A stretch of 64,000 nt of DNA, taken from the IMG/VR virus record IMGVR_UViG_3300045988_047309, positions 2,082-66,081 of that record. One strand, given 5' to 3'. This stretch comes from a virus. Position numbers and translations under genes: made by a program. Shown one piece after another: positions 1 through 13,700 of this stretch; the first letter of the stretch is position 1; each line of letters opens with the position of its first letter. The notes below the pieces were generated by a model. That model worked only from the letters and a program-made list of their open reading frames with translations. It did no database searches and was not told the DNA's origin.

Positions 1-2
1 AG

Positions 3-572
3 GCGAGACGTAAGCAGGAACAGATGTTGGCCCAGCAACAGAGAGAAAATCAGGCATGGTATGACAGGAAATATAACGAGGACCCTACCAAACGTGCCGA
101 CACGGTAAGATTGCTCACTCAGATGCAGGAGCAGATTAAGAACAGAAACAGAGCAGCTAAGGGCAGAGAGGCCGTAATGGGCGGAACGGAAGACTCCACT
201 ACTGCGGTGAAGGAGGCGAACAACAAGACTCTTGCTGATACAACCTCTCAGATAGTCGCTGCTAACGAAGCTCGTAAGGATGCTATCGAGCAGCAGTATC
301 AGCAGAATAAGCGTTCTATTCAGGGACAGCAAATGCAGATGGAAGCCGAGAAGTCGGCTGATACAGCCAATGTCGTAGCAGGAGTGGCTGGTACAGCCGC
401 TAATATCGCTACAACACTTGATGCTGGTACGGGTGGATCAAAGAAGGCTCAGAATATGAATGCGACTCAGCAGTTGAATGGCATTGCAAAGAATCCTGAC
501 GATGTTCTTGGCTTGAAGGCGAAGACTATTGGCCTACCGTCTGAGGACGATCTGAAAAAAATAAAAGCATAG
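3..572 (+). CDS. 3' part of a virion-associated protein gene (5' end outside window)
   Basis: Frame is open from the window edge (ARRKQEQ precedes the first Met at 24). Q/A/K-rich and low-complexity. Co-oriented and tightly packed with the next two cargo-like genes. Confidence 0.5.
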   Translation, partial: ARRKQEQMLAQQQRENQAWYDRKYNEDPTKRADTVRLLTQMQEQIKNRNRAAKGREAVMGGTEDSTTAVKEANNKTLADTTSQIVAANEARKDAIEQQYQQNKRSIQGQQMQMEAEKSADTANVVAGVAGTAANIATTLDAGTGGSKKAQNMNATQQLNGIAKNPDDVLGLKAKTIGLPSEDDLKKIKA

Positions 573-575
573 CCT

Positions 576-1712
576 ATGAAAGCATCAGACATGTTACAAC
601 AAAATAACGGCTTGAAGACTACACAGAGTGTACTCAACAAGCAGCAGAGTGGGGTGGATGTGGCTCAAAAGGTGGCACAGACTCAGGCTCCAGTATTCAC
701 ACAGCAGCAACTTGATGCGGCTGGCAAGAAGATTGACCAGATAAACGCTGCCACTCCCACCGATGGGGCTATGAAGGCAGCTAAGGCTAAGACTATCGCC
801 ACACAACAGGCCATCGCCAATGGGGTGGACGTGAATCAGGGTGTCCCAAGCGATGAGGAAGATAAACCATCTGTCCCTATTGTCAAGAAGGAGGAGCCGA
901 AACATCAGGCTAAGCAGTTATCTTATGCGGATATGTATAAGATGCTGAATCCTGAGCAAGAGGAGACGGCAGAACAGAAGGAGAGAAGGGAGAAGAAGGA
1001 ACGCACAAAGGCTCGTATCGCTGCAATCGGTGACGGTCTGCGTGCGCTCAGTAATATCTACTTCGCTACTAAGGGTGCCAAGGTGGTACACAATCCTGAG
1101 TCGGATATGACTAAGGTGGTGAATAAGCGCAAGGAGTACATGGATGCTCAGAGAGAAAGAAATCAGGCGGCATGGCTGGCTGGTTATCAAAGGGCGATGG
1201 CTCTTGATGAGGAAGCCCGAAAGAACGACCTGACTCTTGCGGAGCAAATCAGGTATCACGATATGATGAATGAAAACAATAAGACAAAGGCTGACCAAGG
1301 ACAGCAGAGAATTGATATTAACAAAATGCGTATTACCAATCAGCAGGAATACAATCAGGCAAGGCTTGAGCTGGATAGACTTAGGATGGAAGATAAGATT
1401 ACTCAAAGCGAGAAGGAACTTGCTATCAAATACCTGAATGCACGAGCTAAACAAATCGCTCCAAACAGGTCTGGAGGTGGTCGTGGCAGTTCTTCTAAAG
1501 AAGACTGGGACGCTGAATATCTCAAACTGAATGGAAAGTATCCTTCTGAGGTAGCAAATGCTAATCAAACCGTAGCAAAGGGAGGTATCAAACCAAATAC
1601 TGCTGCTGGACGAAAGCAAGTTGTGAAGATAGTCAGAAAGAAGATTGCTCATAAGGGTGGCGGTACTTCTTCTAAAAGAAGTGCTAAAAGTAAATTTTCA
1701 ATTCATCATTAA
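576..1712 (+). CDS. K/Q/R/E-rich coiled-coil protein, probable internal virion protein
   Basis: 378-aa ORF starting 4 nt after the previous stop. Highly charged and helical. The C-terminus ...SKFSIHH resembles the KFSL[KR] motif of the giant ORF that starts 12 nt downstream. Confidence 0.55.
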   Translation: MKASDMLQQNNGLKTTQSVLNKQQSGVDVAQKVAQTQAPVFTQQQLDAAGKKIDQINAATPTDGAMKAAKAKTIATQQAIANGVDVNQGVPSDEEDKPSVPIVKKEEPKHQAKQLSYADMYKMLNPEQEETAEQKERREKKERTKARIAAIGDGLRALSNIYFATKGAKVVHNPESDMTKVVNKRKEYMDAQRERNQAAWLAGYQRAMALDEEARKNDLTLAEQIRYHDMMNENNKTKADQGQQRIDINKMRITNQQEYNQARLELDRLRMEDKITQSEKELAIKYLNARAKQIAPNRSGGGRGSSSKEDWDAEYLKLNGKYPSEVANANQTVAKGGIKPNTAAGRKQVVKIVRKKIAHKGGGTSSKRSAKSKFSIHH

Positions 1713-1723
1713 AAAGAAACAAT

Positions 1724-4700
1724 ATGCCAATAAATAGTAAGGTTAAGAGACTGTATGATGCCTTGAAGGCTGATGGTGGTGATGTTGGTACACCAGAAGA
1801 ATTTAACTCTTGGTTCTTTAAGCCTGGCAAGGAAGGTTACAAAAACAGAAAATCCGTATATGATACCTTCAAGGCTGATGGGGCTGATGTAGGGAAAAAC
1901 TATGAGGAGTTCGGTAAATGGCTTGGCCTTCATGCTGTTTATCCTACCGTAAACAAGTATCACCAGCAGATGCTGAACTCTGTTGACCCAAACAAGAGCA
2001 GGGCATCTGAACTTACTCATAGAGCGGTTAGTCAGGCAAAAAGAGGAATGAATAATGTCCGTAAGCCTGTCCGTGGTGCTGTAGTCAACAAGCAAGGTAA
2101 AAAGGTGAGTGAATTTGATATTACTCCTGCCAAGACCGTAGAAGACCTTGATAGAGAGTATGCTCAGGAGACAACAAAGAACTGGGAGAATGAACTGCAT
2201 GATCAGATGGCTGATGCCGACAAGGATGCAGCAAAGATTAGCGATATGTTCAAGTCCTTCATCGGTTCTATGGATGAGGTCGGTAGCGTGTGGGGTAATA
2301 TGACAAGAGGTGGCGGTATTGCAGGTACTCCTCATAGTGTTACTACCAACAATGGTCTCATGAAGAATACTGAAGCTCGCCAACTTCTTATTGCTGGTGA
2401 CTACAATCGTAAGAGAAGAGAACTCTTACAGTTGGAGCAGGATTCAAGAAATGGTGCTTTCTTTGACAATCATTCTTTTTTTAGAGGAATGTATGATGCT
2501 GCCAAAGACACTGGTTTCCTGACAGGTGGGGCTTTTAACCTTATCAGTGGTTTCACCATGCTTAAAACCAAGCAGGACTTGGATAATGGTGTCCATACGA
2601 AAGCTGGAGATATGCTGATGCAGCAAGCGGTAAAGAATAGTAATGCACAGAGTCAGTATGGTGACAATCAGGGATGGATGTACACTGGTGGTGTTATCAC
2701 TACCAATATGGCTCCTTTTATAGTGCAGATTGCCAGTGCAGGATTCTCCAAGGGTTTGAGTACTTCAATCGGCAAGGTTGTGCAGGGCGCAGCTTCCAAG
2801 GTGGCACTGGGTACAATGAAAAAGGCGGCAGGATTTGCAAGTGCAGATTTGGCTAAGAACATCGGTAAGGTAACTGGTCTTACTACCAAGGCTTTCGGCA
2901 AGGCTATCCAGTATGGAATCGTGGGTGCAGCCCAAGCTAATACAGTTGGTCTTGGAAATGTTGCTAACGATGTGATTAACCGCTATACGGGTCAGGTCTA
3001 TCAGGATGAGCAGGGTAACTACAAGTTCGGCACATTTGATAGTGATGGTAAACTTGTGCATGAAGGCGGTGAAGACTTCCTTACTGCCTTCGTAAAGGGT
3101 GATGCGGCTCAGACCATTGAGTTTGCTACTGAGTTGGCTGGCGGTGGCATTGATGCTGTGGGTACTGCCCTGAAGAACTTCGTTACCAAAGGTGGCAAGA
3201 AAATTATCAACAAGTACAACATGGAGAATGTCTCCAAGGTGATAGACTTCTTGCTTAATAATAAAGTGTCAAAGAATGTAAGATATTTGAAGGCTGGTGC
3301 TGACAGAACACTTGGTAAGGTTGAAGTGAATAGTATTGTCGGTGAGTCTCTGGAGGAAGAGTTGGGTATCATCGCCAATACGGTCTTTACTGGTGATAAC
3401 AAAATCTCAGACTTGTGGGATGAAAAGCAGCAGTCACAGATATGGGGCGGTATGCTCTTGTCTATCGGATTGATGAAGGGTGTTGTTGCTCCTTTCCATG
3501 CTTATAATGCCAAGCAGTATTATTCCTATAAGCATAAGCTAAACAAGGCTGATGTGAACTTGTCTCAGTTGCTCGGTAAAGAGAAGTGGGAAGAACTCCG
3601 TAATCAGATTGATGCTACAACAAACGAGGATATGCCTGAAATGGTAAACAGAATCAATCGTGATGTTGCTCTTGGTAAGAACAGACAGCCAGTGCGTGAG
3701 TATATTCAGAACTTGCTCATCATGCGTGGTTATGACATTGGTAATATGCTTGCAGCAAAGAAGGCAGTTGAAGATAAGGGTGAAGGTGTCTCCGTGAAGA
3801 ATATGGAGAAGAATCAGGCATATCAGCAGGGTCGTGATGCTTACGGCTATGATACACATGAGATTCAGTTAGACCAAGAAGACAAACAAAAGTCTCTTGC
3901 TCAACTTCTCGGTATATCAGAGCAGCAGTTGGCATCCATGAGTGATGAGGAGCTTGAATCATTCTCTGGTCGTGATGATAATATTGATAGGGCTATTTAT
4001 GACTACCAGTTGTCGAGTGCTCGCTATGAAGGTGTTGTTGATAACGCAAGAGACCAGATAGACTTGGAGGTTCAGAGAGCAGCACAGGCGGTTGATATGT
4101 ACACAGACAAGTCTCGTAATACTATCCGAAACGCTACCATCAAAGCATCAGGCGGCTTGGAAGACTATGGCGTGTATATTATCAGCGGTAATATTGCTAC
4201 TCATGATGATGGCTCCATTGATGTAAGCAATAGCGATGATATGATTCTGTATTATGACCCAACTACCAATACTGTTGAGCACGCTGATGCCATGATGTTT
4301 GCTGAACTGGGTAGTGAGGAGAATGCTGATGAAGTGAGAAGTCAGGCTATGGCTGATGCCAAGGAGAAGGCTATCAAAGAAACTACTGGTATCATTGATG
4401 GTGTTGTTGAGGTAGGTACTCAGTTCAAGACCGTTGGTGCAGATGGAACAGAACATACTTATGAAGTACTCGCTGATAATGGTGATGGTACTGCCATGAT
4501 TACTATTGATGGCAACATTCCAACAGAACTTGTCAAGGGTGAGAATGTAAATATTCCAGTCTCGTTTGAAGAGTTGCAGAAGATGAAGGATGAGTCTGAC
4601 CAGCAGAGATTGCAAGCGGCAAAGGCTCAGCGTGAACAGGTGGAGAAGGAGCGTGCTGAGCAACAGATGCAAGCACAGACTACACAAGCAGAGAATCCAA

Positions 4701-7700
4701 CTCAGGAAGATAATATCCAGTCAACACCTATCGAAGATAACATAGACTACTCTGATATAATCAGAGAGGATGGTAAGGTTCAGATGGTAGATGTTTCTGA
4801 TAAGGATGGAAATAATCTGTTCCCTGATGCTAAAGATGTTTTCTATATCCAAGGAAACAAGATGAGAACCAAGTTTGTTTATATTGATGCAAATGGAGAG
4901 TTGAAGACTCAGAGTTTCCCTACTGGATTGGTTAAGATAAAGACAAGGGGTGAAGTATCTGTTGATGATTACAAGAAGTATCGCAATACGTTACTCTCTG
5001 CTGAATCTTCTGCCATACCTGAATCCTCAATGATAGAGGATAATAGTGGCACAATAGAGGCTAATAGAGGTGGAATAGAGGTTGAAGATAACACTCAGCC
5101 TTTATCGGAAGCTGATGCTGACAATGTAATCGCCCAGATGGAATCAAGTGCAGAGACCGCTCCTGATTTGGAACTTACACCAGACAACTGGACAGCAGAG
5201 TTTGGTGAAGATGGAATCTTGTCTACTCCTATAGGTGATGTGAAGATGGGAGAGAATCAGGTGGCTAAGTTGTTTGAGAAAGGTCGTTCCAAGGAGTTTG
5301 GTATGATTAAGCCAACGCTTACGAATCCTGATGTGATAATCGAGGTTCCTTCTCATTCTGCTGATGGCAATGAGGAGCGTTCATCATCTTATCTGTTTAT
5401 CAAGACTTTCTTGGGTAAGAATGGCAAAAAGGTGTACTATTTCAAGTCTGTAACCATCAAGAAGGATGGTCTTGAAATCAGCATTAGCAGTAACTATGAC
5501 AGAGCAAAGAGAGTAAAGGAGGCATTAATGAAAGGGAAGTTGCTATATCGTAAGAACGATGGCGCACAGACCGAGCAGAACCAGCCTTCTACTTCTGTGG
5601 CAACTTCCCAAGAGGATGCTGCTGGCTCTTCTGAAAGCAAATTTACAAACATTTCTGCAAACGACAATGAAAATAATGAAAGTTTAACATTTGAAGATGG
5701 TACTCCTATCCCAGTTGATGAGAGTGGTGAGACTGACCTTAGTCAGACTGATGCTGCTCATGCTGCTGAGTGGTATGACAATAACCTCGGTGAGGATGCA
5801 GATGATTGGCTGGATGGAGAAATCAAGAAGGCTAAGAAAGTATTGGAGCAAGCAAAGAATAAGAAGTTGGCTGGCACTAAACCTTCTGAGTTGGTTGCAA
5901 GCAAGAAGGAGAAGGAAGCTGCAATAGCTGATGCCCAAGCACATTATGACTCTGCAATCTCTATCCGTGATTCGTTGAAGGAAAGAAGAATTGCCAAGGA
6001 AGAGAATACTGCTGAGGGCAGAAAGAGTCTCATTGAGAAGGCAAGAAGAAAGTTCACTCGATTGAAGAACAGCGAAGAATGGAGTGAGCGGACTGGTGAC
6101 TTGTGGAATGAGACGGTTGGCAAGTTGCTACATCGTCTGTATGATGCTACAGGAATTGATGTTTTCGATGATACTCCTAATACTGTCTATGAGTATGTTG
6201 CTGAAAATGTCGGTCCGTATAGCTTGAATTATGAAGGCAACGATAATTCGAAGGGAGTACAGCAGGAGACAGGTTTGTCTCGTTCTGACTTCGCCAAGTT
6301 AGGATGGCTCGCTGCCGAAGGCAAGGGTATGACTATTGATGCCAAAGTACACAGACTTTGGGAGAATAGGCCATCCAACTTGGAGAGTGCGGACACGCAG
6401 GAGATAAGAAACGCCTTGATCAGTCTTATTACAAGCGGTCAGACCGCATTCCAGGCGAGAGATTATATCCTGAATCAGCGTATCGAACTTGCAGAGAGTG
6501 CGCTGGAGGAGCAACTGAGACAGGAAGAAGATGCGGCCGAAGCTCAGAAGGCTAAGGAGGAGGAAGAAAAGAAAAAGGCTGAGCTGGAGAAGAAAGCAGA
6601 GGAGGAGAAGACGAATGAGAACAGAAATACTCCTGAACTTTCCCATGAACAACAAAAAGCTATGGAAGAGGGCGAGAAATTAGGTTTTCCTGCTGTTGAC
6701 AAGGAAGGCGAACCTATCAATCAGAATGTCATAGAACTTGCTAACTGGGCAAAGGAACAAGGCTTAGAGATAGACCCTACATCTAAGTCGAATAGCTACG
6801 CTGATTTGTACGTGATGTGTAAGGAAGGCTTCGGTGTCAGTACGTTGGTTCCTGATGTTGGCGAGGATATTAATCAGGTATTCTATTTCCCTGACAACGT
6901 ACAAGGTGAGCAATTAGCTAAACTGCAAGAGGAATTTAATGTAGGTCGTGACCTTAAACACTCTGCTGATATGAATAGCGAACTAACAGAAGGTGTTATG
7001 TTCTATGATGGAGATACAGCGAGAGAGTTCAGAGATTTTGTTAATGAGAAGGTAAATGAGGAGAGCAAGACTATTGAAGTTCCTGAGGATGCAACGGATG
7101 ATGCTCCTTTGGGTGAGCAACTTGATGAATCCGACCTTCCTTTCTCTGCTAAGGATAACGGCCAACAACAGACAACATCTGAGCGTGCTGCTGACGTAGA
7201 GAAGAACAAGGTGGATGATATGAAGGTCGTTGACAACATCGTGGGGCAGAAGACTCGCAAGGCTTTCGATAGGTTAGCTAAGATGATGGGTGCCAACATT
7301 CAGTGGCAGTACTCAGACAAGTTGGGTAACGGCTGGATTCAGGAGACTACGGATGCCGATGGCAACGTGCATCGTACTATCTTCATCACTCTTGACTCTT
7401 CTATCACGGAAGGTGCTCAGTTTATCTTCGGCCACGAAATGACTCACCAAATCAAGAACCTGAACCCTGCTGCATACGATGAGTTGACTCAGCTTGTTCT
7501 TGATACCTATGGCTCTGATGCCTTCGACAAGGCGGTAGATGAGACCATGCAGAGATATTCTGATGCAGGATTCTCTGGACGTGATAGAGATTACTATGCT
7601 GAGGAGGTTGTTGCTGATGCGGTAGGCGAAATGATTCGTGACCTCAACTTGGCTCACACTCTCGCTATGAAGATGTCTCATCCTCTGCTCGCTGCTATAC

Positions 7701-10700
7701 ATGAGATATTGCAGAAGATTAAGTTGGCGTTCTATGGCACTGAGTATAGCGATGCGACCAAGAATATCATCCGCTCCATCGAACAAGCCTATGTGAAGAC
7801 TGCAAAGGGTCTGGTGGAGAACTCTGATACTGGCGAAGATGTTTCATTCTCTCTCCGTCAAAAGCCTGAGCCTAAGAAGAAGGGTGTTGGCTACAAGGTG
7901 TTCGTATTGAAGGATGGCAAACTCTATCCGCCAATGGTAGCGAACCCTGATGGTGCTGCTACTCCAGTAGGTGTATGGCTTGATGCTGATGCTGCTCCTA
8001 TTGCAGGAGAAAGCAAGACTGGCAGACCTCAAGTTAAGCAGGGCGGTAAGGGAACACAAGGCGGTAGCGGTAAGTTAGCCTATAGACCAGGATGGCATCT
8101 TGGTGTGGTTCCTTACGCTATCCAGTTTAACCGCAAGGATGCTGAGGGAAACAAGACTCTCTTCCCTAAGAACTTTGTCTTCGCTGAGGTGGAGTATGCT
8201 GCTGATGTAGATTATCAGGATGAAGCTCGCCAAGAGGGTATCAATCCTTCGGGCAAGTATCAGCATTCTCTCGCTGGCTTGAAACATCTGCCAACTGATG
8301 GATATTATATGTATCGTACCAACCCGAACCCTGAGACTGATCCTTGGGTGATTACTGGTGCGATGAAGGTGAACCGTATCTTGACCAGAGCAGAGCAAGC
8401 AGACTTGGTAATCAAGGCTGGACGTGAACCTCAGCAGATTCAGGAGGGTGATATTGTTACTGATGATGTTGTGAACAGCATCAATCAGGAGATAGCTGAT
8501 GCTCCTAAGTTCTCGTTGAAGGTATATCATGGCAGCGGTGCTGACTTCACAGAGTTTGACTTCGACCACATGGGCGAGGGTGCTGGCTCCCAAGTATTCG
8601 GTTGGGGCGGCTATGTTACTTCATCAAAGAAGATTGGTAAGAGCTATGCGAATCTTGTAGATGCTAACGCTCCTTATCAAGATGTAGAATATGTTGGTAA
8701 TAACGCTCATGAATATACTGATATAGTTGCTGGCTTGTTTAATGGTGGTCAGAGAGATTATGATGATGTTAAGGAGTTCTTGCAGAATGGCTATAATTCC
8801 GACAAGGATAATGCTCGGAAGAAACAGATGTTGGAATGGTTTGAAAGTACAAAACCATCTGATTGGAAGTCTGTTAATGATGGAAAACGTAACCTCTATG
8901 AAGTGGATATTCCTGATGACAATGGCAGCAACTATCTGGATTGGGAAAATCCTTTGAATGAGGAACAGATAAATGCTATTCGTGATGCTTTGGCTAAGAA
9001 TGGTGTTGATGTTTCATCTTGGGAAAATAGAGGTTTCAAACTGGATTTGCCTTTTAAAGATGTATATGCAGCAGTTCTTCCAATGATGATGCGTTGTGAG
9101 CCAAAGGAAGTAAGCAAGTTCCTCTCTTCTCTTGGTTTTACTGGCATTAAATATCCTGCTGGTACTATCCAAGGTGGCGCAGAGGAAGGCGATACCAACT
9201 ATGTTATTTTCAAGCCTGAGGATATGAAAATTACTCAGCATACCAAGTTCTCTCTCCGTTTGAAGGCTGCTATTGAGGAAACAGAAACCAATCCATCTGA
9301 CGCACAGAAGGAGAGTGGCAACTACAAGAAGGGACACATCAAGTTCGGTGGCTACGATTACACAATAGAAAATCCAAAGGGTTCAACTCGTTCAGGCAAG
9401 GATGCCGATGGCAAAGAGTGGAAAATAACCATGCACGATACCTATGGCTATATCCGTGGTAAGTTCGGTAAGGATGGCGACCATCTGGATATGTTCATCA
9501 ACGACAAGGCAGACCTTGATAATTGGAATGGTGATGTGTTTGTCGTTGACCAAGTGAATCCTGATGGCTCATTTGACGAACACAAGGTGATGTACGGATA
9601 TGACTCTATGGATGATGCAGAAAAGGCTTATCTCGCCAACTATAGCGATGGTTGGCAGGGTCTTGGAAATATTACTGGAGCAAGTAAGGATGAGTTCGAT
9701 AAGTGGCTTGATACGAGCAATCGTAAGCTAAAGCCGTTTGCTGACTATGCAAAGGTGAAGTTTTCTCATGCGCAGTCTGTTTCTAAACCTCGTTACTCGT
9801 TGAAGGACATAAAGCCTATTGGTGTTGGTGCTTTTGGAAATATATACAATCAGTTCCGTGGCAAATCTAAAGCAGCTATAGAGTTCTTGAAGAAACTTGG
9901 TAGCGGTGAGGCAACTGCTGCTTTACATCATCATACTATTGGTGATATATCTTTGGTATGGGGAGATAAAAAGGCTGGTCTTGATAAGATTCTAAGAAAG
10001 CATCCTGAGGTTGTTGATAATTTGCAGTCTATCATAGATAGTATGGAGGTTGTTCAAGAAAGCGATAATCGTGTCAAGTTGGAATCGCCTACACACTTTG
10101 CTGTAGTAAGTAAGGAGTATAAGGGCGAACCAAGAGAACAATGGTTATTGACTGCATACGAAAAAAGAGAATCCTTGGAAAATGACAAGAGTATGGACAC
10201 TGCCACTTCTTCGTTGGGAGGTGACACAGCTCTCTCCCAATCCAAGGGTTCTGCTGCAAAGATAGACAATTCTTCTGAAACAGCCAAGGAAAATGGCGAA
10301 AAGTTTTCATTGAAGGATGAGAAGACTCTTGCAGGAGTTCATAACATTACAGAGGAGAAGCTGAGAAAGGCTATCAAGCAGGGTGGTCTTGCCAATCCGT
10401 CTGTGGCAGTTATTGATTCCAGTAAGCAGAACCATGAGGACTATGGTGACATTTCTCTGATATTGCCTTCTGAAAAGGTGGCCAAGAGAACTGGAAAGAA
10501 CGCTGGCACTTGGCAGGGCGATGCTTGGACGCCTACCTATCCGCAAGTAGAGAGACAGATGAGCAATAATGGGGCTGCAAAAGCATCTAAGGATGTTAGT
10601 TCTGTCCCTGGCGATATGTATAACGAGGTAAGAAGAGGACTTGACCGATGGCTGGATGGTGGAGAAGGAAACTCTGCTATGGCTTATATTTTCCTTCACG

Positions 10701-13700
10701 AAAAGGGTGTGGCACCTGAACCGAAGAAGATTCAGCATAAGTTTAGTGATGACGTATATAACGAGTTGAAGTCTATTACTGCTGGAGACTTCAATATCTA
10801 TGGTATCGGAAAGGCTGATGCCCAGAAAGTATTGGGTATGTACATTGATGCCAAGTTTGATGGCGATAAGGATTTGTATGAGGAGAAGACCAAGGCTTGG
10901 TTGGAAAGAAACAAGTCTATCGTTGATGCTGGTAATAAGGGTGGAATGAGATATACCATTGCCAAAGAGAATGTTGAACTATACGATGAATATGGTTTCA
11001 ACTATAAGAGTGTGCAGACTTTCGTCCGTGATGTAGAGTATGACCATCGCAAGACAGGTGTTGACATGAATGCCACGCTTAATGATGTTGAAGACTACAT
11101 TAAGACCAATAACCTGACGGATGAATTCAATACTTGGCTGGAAGGTAAAGAAAAGGAGTATGGTATTAAGGAGGTAATCTTTGATGGCTTCACTCCAAGC
11201 GGCAATCGTAGATATGTACCAAACACCTTGGAGAATGTTTCCAAGATAATGAAGAAACAAGGCAGAAATGGTGCAACTGGAATATCGGTATCTTTCCAAA
11301 ACTTCGCTGCAAGTTTGATGCCTTCTTATGGAACATTGAAGGATATTCGCTCCAAGAAAGGCTTGTTGACTTCTGATCATGAGGATTTAGATAAGTTCAA
11401 CGAAAAGTGGTCTAAAGTATTCTTTGAACTTGGCATGAAGTGCCAGCCTGATGCAACTGGAACTTTTGATGATTATGGTTTGGCAAGGCTCTCTGAGGCG
11501 GCAAAGACAAGTGATCCACAAGCCTATTTGAAGAAGGAGTACAATGTGGACTTCTCAGATGGGGATACGAAACGTTTGAAGGAAATGGTTAAGGCTATCA
11601 AGGAAGAGTCCCCAGCCATGTACTTTGAAACAAAGTTTGAACGTCCTGTTGGCTTTAACGAGTTCTCTTCTGCTGTGGTCCCAACAACGGCAAGTGACGA
11701 GGTTAAGCAGGCTTTGCAGAATGCTGGTGTTCAGATTTACGAGTACGATAAGGAGAAGGAAGGAGACCGCAGTCGTGCCTTCAATGAAGCTATCAACGGT
11801 AGTGACAATATTCGTTTCTCTCTGAAATCAATGATGGAGAAACCTGAGGGATGGAAACAAGCCAACAAGAAGGCTATACATATTGCAGAAGCTATAGAGC
11901 GTGACCCTAAGTTCTCCTTGAAGAACCTTGATGGCACTCTCATTAAGGCAGGAACCTATTTCAGTGGTGGTGGTCTTGTTGAGGAAGGCTTGAAGGGTAT
12001 CATCGACCCAGTGGTGGCAGTGGAGTATGACGAGAAGATAAGCGGTGTATATCGCAATAACTTCGGGCAGCACATCGTTACTGCTGATGTTCGTGATGTT
12101 GACCCTAAGGAGTTGGTGAAGCAGATAGATGGCGAGGTGGAGTACTTCCATGCCAGCCCAGTCTGCAAGAACTACTCTCAGGCGAAGAGTAACCATGCAG
12201 AGGTGGAACTTGACAAGGAGACTGCTGCAAGTACTGCCGAGTTTATCAATGCTATTAAGCCAAAGGTGGTGACCATTGAAAACGTGAAGGGATATAAGGA
12301 TTCGGAAGCGATGAAGATTATCACGGATGCCCTGGATGCCAACGGTTATACTTGGGATGCAGATGTGTATAATGCTGCTGACTATGGCGGCTACACCAAC
12401 CGAGAGAGGTTGATTGTCCGTGCGGTTCGTGATGGTAAACTCCCTGAAAAGCCAAAGAAGATGGCACACAAGAGCGGATGGTATGAAGCTGTGGCTGATA
12501 TTATCCCGACCCTGACCGAGAAGAAGAATGGTGTGGCTCCTTGGATGGATATTCGCTTGAAGGCTGATGGTATTGACTGGAGAAACATTGACAAGCCATT
12601 GTATGTGATGGGTAGTGCTTATGCTGATGGCAAGATTCCTCATGCTTTTGCTGACGAACTCCTGCCAACACTCAGAACCAAGAGTGGTGATGTGATTGTT
12701 ATGCCTGATGGCAAGGTATATCGTGCTATGGGCAGAGTGCTCGCAAGAGTATCAGGAGTGAGCGATGATTACAAGATGCCATTCTCCGAGAACCTGAGCC
12801 ATACCATCATCGGTAATGGAATACCTACCCAGTTGACGGAACATGTGATTGCTCCTCTTTTGCAGAACACCTTGCGCCCAACTACTCCTGATGATGGTAA
12901 TACCAAGTTCTCTCTCCGTGGCTCCACACCTTACGACAAGCAGATGGAAGAGTGGATGGAGAAGAACCATTTAGAAAAGGGTGCTGTTCCTATGGAAAAA
13001 CCTGTCATGAAGGAAGGTGAGAACATTTTTGATTATGCCAACAGAATGGTAGAGTGGACTCGCAATCAGAACTTGTGGAAGACCGCTCCTAAGCAGACTG
13101 GATTCCAAGATGCACTCGACAAGTGGAAGGCTGACAATGGTCTTTCTCCTGATGCTTATCCACCTGTCCGTCCTCATCGTGAAAACTATTCAACAGAAAT
13201 CGGTTATACAGAAGACTTGGAGGAGTACAACAAGAAGAAAGAACTCTGGAAGTCTGCTCCAAAGCCAAAGGACTTTGATTTGTCCGTTGACTTGGAGGAT
13301 ATGAACAAGCAGCTTCGTAATATCAGAAGAGCGGTTCTGAATCAGAAGAACTATGACCAGAGAACGGTTAAGGCGGTATCTGACCTTGTAAGAAAGATGC
13401 TCAACATTGGATGGGGTGACGGATTGAGCAGGGGTAAGGTAGGCAACCTTCTCTCTGCTGCCAAGAATGCCACTGGAGCCAATGACGTGAAGAAGTATCT
13501 CGACAAGGCTATGGGAATCCTTGCTGAAAACTATCTCAACCGTCTCTCTACTGCCTACGACAACCTTATCAATACCAGGGGTGCAAGGGCAGACCAGAGC
13601 GGTGTGATTAAGATGGGTTCTCTTGATGCCAAGGGTCAGGCTTTCATGAGCGAGTATAAGAAGGCTATCAATATGGATGATAGCTCTCTGAATACCTATA

